Shown: positions 37,150-51,030, numbered from the stretch's first letter. The stretch is 64,000 bases of DNA from Heterodontus francisci (GCF_036365525.1 NC_090399.1:50066430-50130429), one strand, 5' to 3'. Made by a program: numbers and translations. Notes: a model not told the origin generated them from the letters alone.

Positions 37150-39580
37150 CACATAGCAGCAGGCCATTTAGCCGATCAAGCCTGGCCCGCATTTTAATAC
37201 GATCATGGCTGATCATCCACTTCAATGCCTTTTTCCCACACTATCCTCATATCCCCTGAGGTCATTTGTAATTAGAAATCTGTCAATCTCTGCTTTAAAC
37301 ATACTCAGTGACTGAGCACAGTAGAAAATTCCAAAGATTCACAACCCTCTGAGTAAAGACATTTCTCCTGATCCCTGTCCTCAGTGGCTTCCCCCTTATT
37401 TTGAAATTGTGTCCCTGGTTCTAGACTCCACAACCAGGGGAAACATCTTACCTGCATCTACCCTGTCTATCCCTTTAAGTATTTTGTAGGTTTCAATGAG
37501 ATCACCTCTCATTCTTCGAAACTCTAGAGAATACAGGACTAGTTTCCCAATTTCTCTTCATAGGACAATCCCGCCATCCCGGAAACAAGTCTGGTGAACC
37601 TTCCTTGCACTCCCTCTATGGCAAGCATATCCTTCCTAAGGTAAGGGGACCAAAACTGCACACAGTACTCCAGGTGTGGTCTAACCAAGGTTCTATACGA
37701 TTGAAGCAAGATTTCAATACTCCTGTACTCAAATCCTGTTGTGATAAAGACTAACATACCATTAGCCTTCTTAATTGCTTGCTGCACCTGCATGTTAGCT
37801 TTCAGTGACTTATTGACAAGGACACCCAGGTCCCTTTGTACATCTACACTTTTGAATCTCGTACCATTTAAGAAATACTCTGCACATCTATTCCTCCTAC
37901 CAAAGTACATTCCACATTATATTACATCTGCCACTTTCTTGCCCACTGACTCAGTCTGTCCAAATCCTCTTGAAGTCACTTTGCATCTCCCTCACAACAC
38001 ACATTCCCACCTAGTTTTGTGTCATCCACGAACTTGGAAATATTACATTTGTTCCCCATATCCAAATCATTGATATATATTGTGAACAGCTGGGGCCCAA
38101 GCACTGATCCCTGTGGTGGCCCACTTATCACAGCCTGCCAACGCGAGAATGACCCGTTTATTCCTATTCTCTGTTTTCTGCCTGTTAACTAATCCTTAAT
38201 CTATGCCAGTATATTACCTCCTATCCCATGTGCTTTAACTTTGCTAACAAACCTCGTTTAGGGGACTTTATCAAAGGCCTTTTGAAAATCCAAGTATACT
38301 ACATCCACTGACTCCCCTTTACCAATTCTGTTAATAACATCCTCAAAAAATTCCAACAGTTTCGTCAAACATGATTTCCCATTCATAAATCCATGTTGAC
38401 TATGCTCAATCAGATCATTATTATCCAAGTGTCCATTTATCACATTCTTTAGAATAGATTCTAGCATTTTCCCACTGACTGATGTAAGGTGAACAGGTCT
38501 GTAATTCCCTGTTTTCTCTCACCCTCCCTTCTTAAATAGTAGGGTGATATTTGCTACTTTCCAATCTGCAGGAATCGTTCCAGGATCTATAACATTTTGG
38601 AAAATGATCACCAATGCATCCACCATCTCCATAGCGACCTCTTTCAATAGTCTGGGATGTAGAATATCAGGTCCCGGGAACTTACCAACCTTCAGCCCCA
38701 TTAATTTCTCCAACACAATCTTCTCACTAATAATAATTTCCTTTAATTCCTCATTCTCCCTAATCCCTTGGATCTCTAACACTGGGAGATTTCTTGTATC
38801 TTCCTCAGTGAAGACAGACACAAAGTAATCATTTAGCTTCTCTGCCATTTCTCTATTCCCCATTATAAATTCTCTTGACTCGGCCTTTAATGGACCCACA
38901 TTGCTCTTAACAAAATGTTTCCTTTTTACGTCCCTGTAGAAGCTTTTACATTCCATTTTGATATTTTTTGCCATCTTACATTCATATTCTATTCTCTCTT
39001 TATCAGTTTCTTGGTTCTCCTTTACAGTATTCTAAAATCCTCCCAATCCTCAGGTTTACTAATTCTATTTACTATTTCTGGCAACTTTATAGTCCTTTCC
39101 TTTTAATCTTATACAATCCTGAACTTATTTGTTACCCACGGTTGACTGCCTTTACTTTTGAAGTTTTTGTGCCTTGAAGTAATGTATCATTGCTGTAAAC
39201 TATGTAATATTTCTTTCAAGACTATCCATTGCCTATGTACTGTCATATCTTTTAATGTATTTTCTCAATCCATCTCAGCCAATTTTCCCCTCATACCTTC
39301 ATAACTTCCTTTGTTCAAATTTAACACCCTGGCTTCAGATTGAACTACTTCACTTTCAAACATAATGTAAAATGTTATCATATTATGGTCACTCATTCCT
39401 AAAGGTTCTTTTACAACAAGATTATTAATTAGCCCTTTCTCGTTATGTAATACTAGATGTAAAATAGCCTGTTCTCTAGTCAGTTCCTCAACATAATGCT
39501 CTAGAAAACCATCCCTAACACTCCCGAAACTCATCCACCACAGCATTAGTGCTCATTAGGTTTACCCAGTTTATAAGGTT
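37150..39580 (-). mobile_element. CR1 LINE (endonuclease end plus RT), decayed
   Basis: GMSDHN, GPDILHPRLLKE, QHGFMNGKSCLT, YLDFQKAFDKVP, RPHLEYCVQFW. Confidence 0.93.
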
Positions 39581-39876
39581 AATACATAAACACATTTCTA
39601 CTCCCTGCTGTACAAATGGTTCAAATGTCATTTCGTCAACATGCACATGGACCTTTCCTTCCTACACACACACGACCACACACACATACAACTTTGTAAC
39701 TATTTCAATCCGAATAGGGAGAAGGAACAGAATAACTGTCCGTATCTCCCTGATTCATGGTGTCCCACACACTGTCTGCCCCAGTGCCACAGACTGCAGT
39801 ATAACTATGGTTGGGTACCTGTCTGTCACCCATTAAACACATCAGTTAGTGGGAGATTCTGCATTGCTGATCTTAC

Positions 39877-40137
39877 CGGAAGTTTGGTTTGTACTCTTCA
39901 TTATCATATTCAGATTCTCCTTCACCATGTCTGATCGTGAGGCCCCAATACCTGTGATATATTCCCAGTATTCCACACTGAAAGAGTCTGCCATGAACTG
40001 CTGCCTGGGGATTATCCGACCAATATTCGTGTCATAACAATCTATTTGAACTCCATTGACCATCGCGACACCAATAACCTGAGGAAAATCTTCAATACCA
40101 GAGACTGCTGTGTATATCACAGTAAATGTGTTACTAT
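39877..40137 (-). CDS. Non-classical MHC class I gene B, exon 2 (alpha1)
   Basis: NSNTFTVIYTAVSGIEDFPQVIGVAMVNGVQIDCYD...IPRQQFM...EYWE...STNQTS; N86 sequon NQT; ttttacag| and |gtaag, 261 nt. Confidence 0.95.
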
Positions 40138-41041
40138 CTGTAAAACAATGAAAGGGACATATTAATAAACATGTACACTCATTACTAGTTAGACCCATCC
40201 ACAGTCTGGGACACATGCAGGGGTTGGGTGATAATCCCAGAAGAGTAACCTAGGACACGCTCAGATGTGTCTGTAAATACTTTTGGAGGTCGGTGGTAAG
40301 TTTAAATGTTTTACTACACGCCTCATTTGGAGGACACGAGTGGTGTTGATTTCTGTCCAGTGGGACTGAGGTTCCCAGTGTTACCTCCCTTTCAACTACA
40401 CATCTCACTGTCTTTCTTCATTCCTCCCCCTTCCAGCTGACTCTGTCACTCAGCCAGAGGAACTGTGATGTCTCTGGCACCGACTGGGCACTGCAAACTT
40501 CCTTCTCAGATATATAGGTGAGGGAATGGGATTATCCTGAAAACATACAATCCAATGACACATTGAAGAGGAATTCTTTCTAAACAGTTCATACAGACTT
40601 AGTTCTTGAGGTATCCATCAGTTTTGCAGTCAGCTCTTTAGAAAAAAGAATATGTTAAACACATTCCAGCCGGAGAGCCATGTCTTAGTTTGGTCAATGT
40701 AATTCACTATTTTCACGTTTGTTTTGGTTAAATTGTCAGCACTGTGGAAACACAGTCAATTTTTTCAGTCGCTCCTGAGGTTAAAGTGCTGCAGCAAAAT
40801 GCATTTTAGTGTCCTGTAATGTTTAGGACATCTTTATTTAAAAAGACCTTGTTTAAAAAAATTTAAACTCACTGAAGCGATACAAAGCAAGAATGTCTTC
40901 AATGTGGCTGAGCGTACATTTCCGTGGAGTTGAACAATTTGTACAAACCCTCACCCAAAGTTAAACATTAACCCCAGAGAGAGAGATAGAGGGAGACAGA
41001 GAGAGAAAAAGTGAGAATGGAAAGCTGAATTCTGTACTTAC

Positions 41042-41093
41042 TGGGATCGACCCAGGAAAAACACAGGGAGATGGAGAAAAGGATCAGCAACAT
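41042..41093 (-). CDS. MHC class I gene B, exon 1 (signal peptide MLLILFSISLCFSWVDP)
   Basis: ATG at 41093, A|gtaagt phase-1 donor, in frame with alpha1 about 0.9 kb downstream. Confidence 0.92.
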
Positions 41094-41249
41094 TTGGGGA
41101 ATCCACTGTCCCTATTCACTAAGACTAACACTAACAATTACTGCTTATTAACTGAAATTCCCAGAATAAACAACATGTCTATCCAGACCCCATTTACTGT
41201 CGAACTTGAAATATGATCATTTTCTGAACTGAAACTGCAGAACCAGCGA

Positions 41250-41332
41250 GTGATGATTGGTTAGTCTCTGAAAAATGACCCAATGAAAGAGATAAACAGG
41301 AACCTGTCACCAGTTACCAGGAAAGTGAACAC
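41250..41332 (-). promoter_or_regulatory. Gene B proximal promoter: ISRE, X box, Y box, CCAAT
   Basis: GAAAGTGAAC (IRF-E-like) 41321-41330; X1-like CCTGGTAACTGGTGA 41307-41321; ATTGG Y box 41280-41284; CCAAT 41256-41260; order matches vertebrate class I promoters. Confidence 0.75.
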
Positions 41333-41369
41333 AGACAGGGTCGAGATTCAGGCTGTGAAACTGACCCGA

Positions 41370-42630
41370 AGAGCTGAATTTTCGCCACTGGAGCAGGGAA
41401 CAGGAGCTGGATTTGTTTTCGGGTCAGGAACCTGCTTCTGGTGGAAAACTGATTAAAGTTAACATTTTCACGTGGGGGGGGGGGGGGGGGGGGGTGCATT
41501 AGTTGCTATGGAGACGGGTTCCGTGTCCACTCAGAGCCAGTGGGGGCGGCAACAGAGGCGGGTCAGATGAAATGTGGGACTGATTTAGACTCCTGGCAGC
41601 AGCTATCATTGAGGCTGCTGGTTGTCCGAAGGGAGAAATCTGCTGGTTGCACCAAAGACTTTGACAGCAGCAGAGGGAAGTGGGATGTCACAGGGAACTG
41701 GAGGCCTTGCACCCGGGACAGGGCTGCCCCTCGCTTCATTGATACTGAACTGGATCTAACACTGAAGGCTGCGAGGGAGAGGAGGGAGGTCCTCTTCCTG
41801 GAGGATGGCAGGAGGAGGCCAACACTTCACACCGAGCACTGAGTGGGTCACCCTGATATACTGTCCCTGTCTCTGTCTCCTGTTTTCCTCTACACTGGGT
41901 AAATGATGACACTTTAAGCAGACGTATGGGATCCTTTTATTACTGCTGTGACAGGAAAAGTGGTTTGAGGTTGTGAAAGAGGTAACAGGATCCTCCACAG
42001 TGAGGACAAAGCCTCTGGGCAAATGTTCTCCCTTCATTGGCAGTAAGTAATGAGATGCTCCAGGTTGTGTTTTCCATACATGTGTTAGCACAGGTATCTC
42101 AGACTCCCTTCCATATCCTGTCTCTCAACCTGGGGCAGAGGGGCTCAGTTGAAATGTTCCTCAATCAGGAGATCCCTGACTGTCATGTCATCCTCACCGG
42201 TCCTTCACACCCTGAGCCATGCCCAGCCACCTTGTTGTGCAGCAGGGGCACCTCCCTGTTCAGTGTCAAGTCCCTCTGCCTTCTCTTCCTCGTCCTCCTC
42301 CTCCTCCTCTCTCACCTCCTGCTCCTGCTTCTCCCCTGATGAGCTGTCTCCTTCCAGGGCCTCGCCGTCCTCAATGTCCACACCTCTCTGGAGGACCATG
42401 TTATGGAGAGCACAGCAGGCCAACACAATGACCAAGACCCTTGTAGGAGGGTATTGGAGGGTGTCACCTGACCGGTCCAGGCACTGGAAGCACATCTTCA
42501 GAAGGCCGATGGTCTGCTCAATGGTTATTCTATTGAGTAGGTTGAATTGGTTGTATCGCCTCTGTCTGAACTCCTGTAGAGAGGTGAGTAGCCATGTCTT
42601 TAAGGGATATCCCTTATCCCCTAGGATTCA
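41370..42630. mobile_element. PIF/Harbinger transposon remnant (Myb/SANT-like ORF on +, DDE transposase C-terminus on -)
   Basis: Minus: LGDKGYPLKTWLLT...IEQTIGLLKMCFQCLDRSG..LQYPP...ACCALHN; plus: RAAPRF...ARERREVLF. Confidence 0.8.
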
Positions 42631-42639
42631 TCCACACAC

Positions 42640-44545
42640 TTTACAAAGAACAGTACAGCACAGGAACAGGTCATTCGGCCCTCCAAGCCTGCACTGATCT
42701 TGATGCCTTTCTAAACTAAAACCTTCTGCACTTCTGGGGTCCGTATCCCTCTATTCCCATCCTATTCATGTTTTTGTCAAGATGCCTCTTAAACGTTGCT
42801 ATCATACCTGCTTCCACCACCTTCCCCGGCAGCAAGTTCCAGGCACTCACCACCCTCTGTGTAAAAAAACCTTGCCTTGCACATCCCCTCTAAACTTTGC
42901 TCCTCTCACCTTAAACCTATGTCCCCGAGTAACTGACTCTTCCACCCTGGGAAAAAGCTGCTGACTATCCACTCTGTCCATGCCACTCATAACTTTGTAA
43001 ACCTCTATCATGTCGCCCCTCCACCTCCGTCGTTCCAGTGAAAACAATCCGAGTTTATCCAACCTCTCCTCATAGCTAATACCCTCCAGACCAGGCAACA
43101 TCCTGGGAAACCTCTTCTGTACCCTCTCCAAAGCCTCCACATCCTTCTGGTAGTGTGGCGACCAGAATTGCACGCAATACTCCAAGTGTGGCCGAACTAT
43201 GTTCTGTACAGCTGCAGCATGACCTGCCAATTTTTATACTCTATGCCCCAACTGATGAAGGCAAGCATGCCATATGCCTTATTGACTACCTTATCCACCT
43301 GCGTTGCCACTTTCAGTGACCTGTGGACCTGTACGCCCAGATCTCTCTGCCTGTCAATACTCCTAAGGGTTCTGCCATTGACTGTATACTTCCCATCTGT
43401 ATTAGACCTCCCAAAATGCATTACCTCACATTTGTCCTGATTAAACGCCATCTGTCATTTCTCCGCCCAAGTCTCCAACCGATCTATATCCTGTTGTATC
43501 CTCTGACAATCCTCATCACTATCCGCAACTCCACCAAACTTTGTGTAGTCTGCAAACTTACTAATCAGACCAGCTACATTTTCCTCCAAATCATTTATAT
43601 ATACTACAAACAGCAAAGGACCCAGCACTGATCCCTGCGGAACACCACTAGTCACAGCCCTCCATTCAGAGAAGCACCCTTCCACTGCCACCCTCTGTCT
43701 TCTATGACTGAGCCAGTTCTGTATCCATCTTGCCAGCTCACCTCTGATCTCGTGTGACTTCACCTTTTGTACCAGTCTGTCATGAAGGACCTTGTCAAAG
43801 GCTTTACTGAAGTCCATATAGATAACATCCACTGCCCTTCCTTCATCAATCATCTTTGTCACTTCCTCAAAAAACTCAATCAAGTTAGTGAGACACGACC
43901 TCCCCTTCACAAAACCATGCTGCCTCTCTCTAATAAGTTTGTTTGTTTCCAAATGGGAGTTAGTCCTGTCCCGAAGAATCCTCTCTAATAGTTTCCGTAC
44001 CACTGATGTAAGGCTCACCGGCCTATAATTTCCTGGATTATCCTTGCCACCCTTCTTAAACAAAGGAACAACATTGGCTATTCTCCAGTCCTCTGGAACC
44101 TCACCTGTAGCCAATGAGGATGCAAAGATTTCTGTCAAGCCCCTGCAATTTCCTCCCTTGCCTCCCTCAGTATTCTGGGGTAGATCCCATCAGGCCCTGG
44201 GGACTTATCTACCTTAATGCTTTGCAAGACTCCCAACACCTCCTCCTTTTTGATAACAACATGACCGAGATTATCTACACTCACTTCCCTGGACTAATCA
44301 TCCACCAAGTCCTTCTCTTTGGTGAATACTGATGCAAAGTACTCATTTAGTACCTCGCCCATTTCCTCTGGCTCCACACGTAGATTCCCTCCTCTGTCCT
44401 TGAGTGGGCCAACCCTTTCCCTGGCTACCCTCTTGCTCTTTATATACGTATAAAAAGCCTTGGGATTCTCCTTAATCCTGTTTGCCAATGATATTTCATG
44501 ACCCCTTTTAGCCCTCCTAACTCCTTGCTTAAGTTCCTTCCTACT
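42640..44545 (-). mobile_element. CR1 LINE RT region
   Basis: NYRPVSLTS, QHGFVKGRSCLTNL, GVPQGSVLGPLLF, KFADYTK. Confidence 0.95.
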
Positions 44546-46285
44546 TTCTTTTTTTTCTTTTCTTTTTCTGAGGCCCTCAGATTCCAAGGAAACTAAATGC
44601 TAATGCCCATGTTTCTTCTTGACCTTCCTTGTCTCCAGGAATTCCTGTGAGACTGGGCTGGGAACGCACCTTGTGACCCTGTTAAAGTTTCTCTCTGTGA
44701 ATCTCAGTGAGGATTTCCACCAGTCTGGAGTCTGGGCCTCACTGTCTGGTCAGGATGTGGTGTGAGATCAGACGGAGCCAGTGAGTTACACGCTGCTGTC
44801 ATCTTCACCCCCACATGACCCTCATTGGGAGTGGGGGTTAAAATCAGGCCCCATTCCCTCTACCTGGGAACTCATTGATCATTGTCTGTGTGATGAACGT
44901 CCCTCATTGAAACTGTGTCCTCCTGGTCCTAATCTCAGTTTTGTGAAAGTCATTCTCAGATTTCCTCTCCCTGCACTGTGTTTCTTGTTTTATAAATCTC
45001 TTAGGTGCTGCCTTTCCTGGTTGAATATCCCAAGTCTGTGCTGTCTTTCCTGATAACTCAGAGCCCTGACCCTGGGGGTGCGTCAGGGGGTTTCTCTCTG
45101 CACTGCCCCCAGGGTCTGAGTGTCTCCCCTGTGTCTCAGTGACCTGAACTGGACTCAGTACCAGTGAGAACACTGGGCTTCATGGGTTTACCAGGCAGCC
45201 GAGGTCTAACAGTGAATGATGTTTCCGTTTGGTCCCTGAACGGCCTTAACTCAGCCGGTTCACATTGAATTTCACCTCAATAACTGCTGAGTACAAGAAC
45301 CACAAGCTGCTGAGTGAATGAATGAAACCTTTCCTGTTAAATCATTAAAGATGAATTCAGACAAGTCAATCAGTGACAATTACTTATTGACGACAAAACA
45401 CAATTATCACCATTTGTAGTTAAACATTGATGATATAAATAATAACAGATCAGAATAGTTACTGACACTGTCACCTAGTAATTTAAATAATGAATAGATG
45501 GAGACACCTAAAAACAACAATAATTTGCATTTATGCAGAATCTTTAATGTAGCAAAATGTGTAACAGGAGTGTTCGCAATAAAAGTATTTTTAACACTGA
45601 GTAAGAGGAGGCGATACCAGGACAGGTGACCAAAAGCTTGGTCAAAGAGGGAGGTATTGAGGAACATTTTAAAGGGGGAAAGAGAGCTGGAAAGGTGGAG
45701 AGGTTTAGAGAGGGAATTCCAAAGCTTAGAGCCAAGGCAGCTGAAAGCACGGCCTCCAATGGTGGAGTGATTAAAATCAGGGATGTGTAAGATGTCAGAA
45801 TTGGAGGAACTTGGAGATCTCGAAATGAACATGAGAGTTTGTGAAGGTTGTTCAGTGTATCATTGGAATTCAGAATGAACTGGGTTTCTCATTGTCAAAT
45901 TCTCAGAGATCAGAGTGTGAGACTGATATCAGTGAGAGAGATTAAAAATTAGGATTTACACTTTCAATAGCCAACAAGTTAACAGTATGAACCAGCCAGT
46001 TTATTGAGTAGGTTCAGGTCTATGTACTGCTAGTTAACAATGTTTCCAGTGCTTACACGACTCTATCGTTATGAGGTTGAGTTGATTATCCTGCCCTGGG
46101 ATGGGGAATGTCCAATTGGTGACGAGGTTTTTTCCTCCATTCGAATCCTCTGCTCCGGTTAAACTTACATTACACACGAGTGATGTGTGGGAACTCACTG
46201 GCTCAATTCTCACCTTCCTTCATCTCACATTACATGTAATTAAACAAGTCTCTAATTTCTGTCTGTAACTGACTCATATAACCTT

Positions 46286-49200
46286 TATTACGACCAAGTT
46301 AGAAAGGGGTCTAGGGTTCCCTCTAGCCTTCACCTGGACTTACTGTAACAGAGTTTAATTTTAAACACATAGTGTTTTTAGCTCCCCATTAGTGAATACT
46401 TGTTCAATGATTTCCAATTATAAGGCCAAGAAATCAGCCAAACAGGTTTTTTTAGGTTTAAAGAAGAAAGGTTGAACTGATTAAACTTAAACTCTAATTC
46501 AGTTAACGCCAACGGATACACGACGAGGCCATGCTGGCATGTATAGGCAATCCACACATGCAAATAGAGACAGAAAAGAGTAGAAGAAATGAAGTGGAAA
46601 AGTTTGAGGCAATATCTGAGAGGGTTCTTGTTACAGTTCTTCGCGCTGACTGTATTCTACCTGATTGTCGGGAGATCTTGCTTTTCGTTGGGGCCAAGTA
46701 TTCTTCTTAAACCTTGTTCACTGTAGGAAACTTTTCTGTCTTGGGGTTCCTGTGTCTTCAGTGGATTTGGAGTTCCATGAGAAAGAGATGGGAGCACATA
46801 GAAGAAACCTTCTTAGTCCAGGAGCAAACAGTCTTTCTGGGGTCTAACTTTTCACATTTTTCGGGGTTGGCTGACCAGACAGTAAGGGTTTTCATCCAGG
46901 ATTCCTCCCGGACTTCCTTTAACCTGCCCTCTTGGTCACACTTTTTCCCCTTCCTTGTCTAACATTTTGTCAGCCTTGTGCCTGCCTGTCCCTTTTTGTT
47001 CTCGGCGGGGGTCCTTTACAGTTCACCAACCCTCTGCTGGAGGATCCTCCCAATACTGGTACAGGACTTAGGGGTGCACGTTTCACTGTAGGTTGGAGTT
47101 TCCCCTCAACCTGGCACATTTGACAACTGCTGCAATACTCCACCACATCTTTGTGGAGTTTTGGCCGGTCAACACAGACCAAGTGGCCCCTTTCTGTGCC
47201 TTAAACTTTCTATGATTTTCTAAACTACTGTCTTATGCTGGCTTTGGTCTTTTGTATAATGGCATGTACAGCCACTGTAGTTTTGTGGGCTCTTCTGAAT
47301 ATTTCTGTCCAGTATCTCTGTGCCACCACTAACTGGTGAACTACTGCCCACTCCTTGGTCTCAGGTCTGGGAGGAGAACTCCATTTCCTCATCAGTACCT
47401 CATTCTTTAAATAGTAGCAATCAGGGACTCCCTCTGCTTCACTTTCAGACTGGGCAGCCTGTGCGAACTCTCGCAATACTGGGTCGGCTCGCTGAGCTTC
47501 AGCTGGGGAAAATCCATTCATTTCATTCCCTGGTCTCCTAACTTTCCAAAGAAAGTCTCAGACAGGTAGACCTCATGGTCAACTGCCTGCAGTGCTAATT
47601 CAGTCTCCTCTGGGGGAGCTGGTTTGATCATGACCTGATCCACTACACATGCAGGGAAATTACAGGGGTCCGTCTCCTACCACTGCCCTGTCTCTCTGAC
47701 CTCCTGCAGTCTTTTTTTCACTACTGGGGGGACTACCAACTTCACCCCCACCAGATCATTACCTAGGAGCAGGTCAACCCCATCCACAGGCAAACAAGGG
47801 ATAATCCCTACGGTCACTGATCCCGAAACTAGGTCACACTCCAGGTGCACCCGGTGTACGGGAATAGGCAAACACTGCCCTTCAATAACAATCACCACCA
47901 TTCTGGTAACCTTCCAGAATCCTATTAAATTTTCCTGCATGTGCAGTGGTAAGCTTCCTGGTTTGCACTCTTACTGCAGTTAAAGCCACAGTTTGTTCTG
48001 CTGTGCTTCCCATAAGGGTCCTGTCTTCTTTGAGTATGTGTGCCCTGATTAACCCTACTGGTTTTCCCTATAGTTTCCAGCAGTGAGATTTTAAATACCC
48101 TGCTTTATTACAATGGAGGCACACAGATCTCCGGGTCTCACTCTTGCTCACAGCACCTTCCTTTTTGGCGACAGGAGGGCCCCTTGTGTCTCCTGATTTC
48201 CTTTCCCTCCCAGGACTGCTTGGGCTCCTATCACCTTCCCGCCCTTTGTCCTATTTGGAATAGTGGGGCTGACTAGGAAAGGTTCTCCCCTGGGAAACCG
48301 ACTTATAAATTAAAGCAAACTCATCGGCATGGACGGTCGCTTGATGGGCTCTCTGAACCTGCTGCTCCTCTACATGGGTCTTTATGGAGAGTGGGAGAGA
48401 GTGTTTAAATTCCTCAAACAGAATTACTGCTCTGAGAACCTCATAGTTGAGCTGCAATTTAAGAGCCCTCAGCCAGTGGTCAAAAGCCAGCTGCTTACTT
48501 CTTTCAAACTCCAGATAAGTTTAATTAGCTTGCTTCTTGAGGATTCTAAACTTTTGGCGATAGGCTTCGGGTACTAATTCATATGCCCCAAGGATAGCAT
48601 TTTTGGTCAGTTCATGATTTGATGAACTCTCATCTGGCAACAGGGAATAAACCTCGTGAGCTTTTCCGGTTAGTTTGGTTTATAATAAAAAAGGCCAGGT
48701 CTCAGCTGGCCATTTTAGCTACCTTGCCAAATTCTCAAAGGACACAAAAAATTCTTCCACATCTTCCTCATTGAATTTTTGGATTAGTTGAGCTAATTTT
48801 AACAATTTTATACCCAGCCCTGAATTCTGCTCCTCCATATTGGCCATGTATTCACTGGGGTTACTCTGTCGGCCCCTAGTTAACTCAAGCCGCTTCAGCT
48901 CTCTCTCTTTCATTCCTTACGGAATATTCTTTCTCTCTCCCTCTCCTCTAATTCAAGTTTTCTTTGTTTCAGTTGTATCTTTGCTAACAACACCCTGTCT
49001 GGGTCTGCTTCTAACCCTGTTTCTGCTTCTTCGGATACAAGGGAAAAATGGTTGGCCATTAACCTTAGGAGTTCAGACTTCCTAACCTTGCCATGTACAG
49101 TGACCCCACACTGCTCAGCCATTTTTCTCAACTCCTCCGCAGACAGTGTTTTTAACTTATCTCAAGTTACTTCACCCTGGCATGGAGAACTAATAGCTTC

Positions 49201-50235
49201 AGTTGCAGACATGTTAGTATTCAATCGCACACAACCACAAGAAAACCTGTATTAAGATGTTGCTCTTTTTTAATGGGGAACAATTTGGCTTCGCACTTCC
49301 AATTTCATTTGTTTGTCTGTGGTTCAATTCCGGACGCTAGCCCCCAAATTTCTGTTACGACCAGGTGAGAAAGGGGTCTAGGGTTCCCTCTCAGCCTTCA
49401 CCTGGTCTTATTGTAACATGGTTTAATTTTAAACACACCATGTTTTTCGCTCCCCCTTGGTGAATCTTAGTTCACCGCTTTCTAATTATAAGGCAAACAG
49501 GCTTTCTTAGGTTTAAAGCACAAAAAATTTAATTTATTAAACTGAAATGTAAACTCTAATTCGGTTAACGCCTACAGATACATGATGCACCCACACCTAC
49601 ACACATGCAAATAGAGACAAAAAAGAGCAGAAGAAATAAAGTGGAAATGTTTGAGTCAATATCTGAAGAGGGTTCTTCGCGCTCACTGTAGAGTCCTTGA
49701 TTGTTGGTAGATCTTGCTTTTCATTGGGGACCAGGATTCTTCTTAAACCTTGTTCGCTAACGGAGACTTTTCTGTCTTGGGGTTCCTGTGTCTTCAGTGG
49801 ATTTGGAGTTCTGTGAGATAGCGTTGGGAGCAGACAGGAGAAACCTACTCAGTCCAGGAGAGAACAGTCTTTCTGAGTCCAAACTCTCTGTGGCTAGTTC
49901 AAAAAACCCTGAACAGCCAGTTAGCCATGTGACTTCATCAAATCAGTCCTGACCCTTGTGGATTTGGCCATCTTAGCAGTCATCCTGGAATGTGAGCTTC
50001 CTCACCTTCAATGTCTGGTGATTCAAAGTCCATTGTGAGTTGAATGTGTCAGGGAATGGTCCTTTGTCCTTCCAAGCACTGTCTGTTAATGTGCAAATGT
50101 CTTTCCAGCCAAAGGCCTGGTGATTTTTTTAAACAAGTTCTTTCTTCACTCCAGCAACAGCTTAAAATCAATGTTCATATGACAAAATCCAAGTGCCTCA
50201 TTCTTGGCAGGTTTGTGGGGACGGTCTGCATGACA
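46286..50235 (-). mobile_element. Decayed Ty3/Gypsy (Gmr1-like) LTR retrotransposon
   Basis: 5' LTR 49353-50235 (TG..CA), partial 3' LTR 46286-~46850; PBS TGGGGGCT(ag)CGTCCGG resembling tRNA-Pro; gag with SCAN-like helices and CLHCNKAGYLKSHC knuckle; protease VDLLLGNDL; integrase zinc-finger region; no RT seen. Confidence 0.88.
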
Positions 50236-50689
50236 ATCCGATTTCTAACCATTTACTCTCTGTCCTGATTTACTTTGTGCTTGTTTAGCTTGCTTTCAGT
50301 ATCTGTAAAGAGAATCTGTGGAACAGTAAAACAAAGAACAAAGAACAAAGATAATTACAGCACAGGAACAGGCCCTTCGGCCCTCCAAGCCTGCGCCGAT
50401 CCAGATCCTCTGTCACAAACTCTCTGATATACCTTGAATTTAAATGTAAAACCCCCTCTATTAAATTCCCCAGTCTGGGGGATACAGTGTCTGAAGGCTG
50501 CATCCCTCATGGTGACAGTCACCTGCAACAGCTGTGTCAATGTTCTTGAAGAGCTCTCGGTTAATGAAGCCTGGGATATCTCACCATGCCAGACTGGAAA
50601 ACTACATCCCCTAACTTTTCAATCTCTTCCGAACACAGCACTGACTGCATCCCAGATAATGAGACATCTCTGGACATATGTATGTAACA

Positions 50690-51030
50690 CTGGATCTATA
50701 TCTGTGTGTGTACATTTCTCTCTCTGACCATTAATATATGTGTGTGTGTGTGCATTGATGTACGTAACATTGTGCCTATATCTGTGTGTGCACATCACTC
50801 TCTGTCCATTAGTGTGTGTGTGTGTATTGATGTATCTAACATTGTATCTATATGTGTGCATCTCTCCCTGTCCATTGGTTTATCTGTGTGTGTCTATATA
50901 TACTGATGTATCTAACATTGTGCCTATATCTGTGTGTGTACATCTCTCTCTGTGCATTAGCTTATATATGTGTGCCTATATCTATCTCTGCCGGTCTCCC
51001 TTTACCTGTCTTCCTATTTCTATCTCACTC
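50690..51030. repeat. TG/TA-rich degenerate tandem repeat
   Basis: Repeated tgatgtatctaacattgtgcctatatctgtgtgtg. Confidence 0.75.

Noticed and set aside
42205-42630. HARBI1-like host gene
   Set aside because: Only the C-terminal part is present, cut by a CR1 insertion; it is a transposon relic
48251-49131. SCAN zinc-finger host gene
   Set aside because: Lies between LTRs after a PBS, is frameshifted and has no C2H2 array; it is retrotransposon gag
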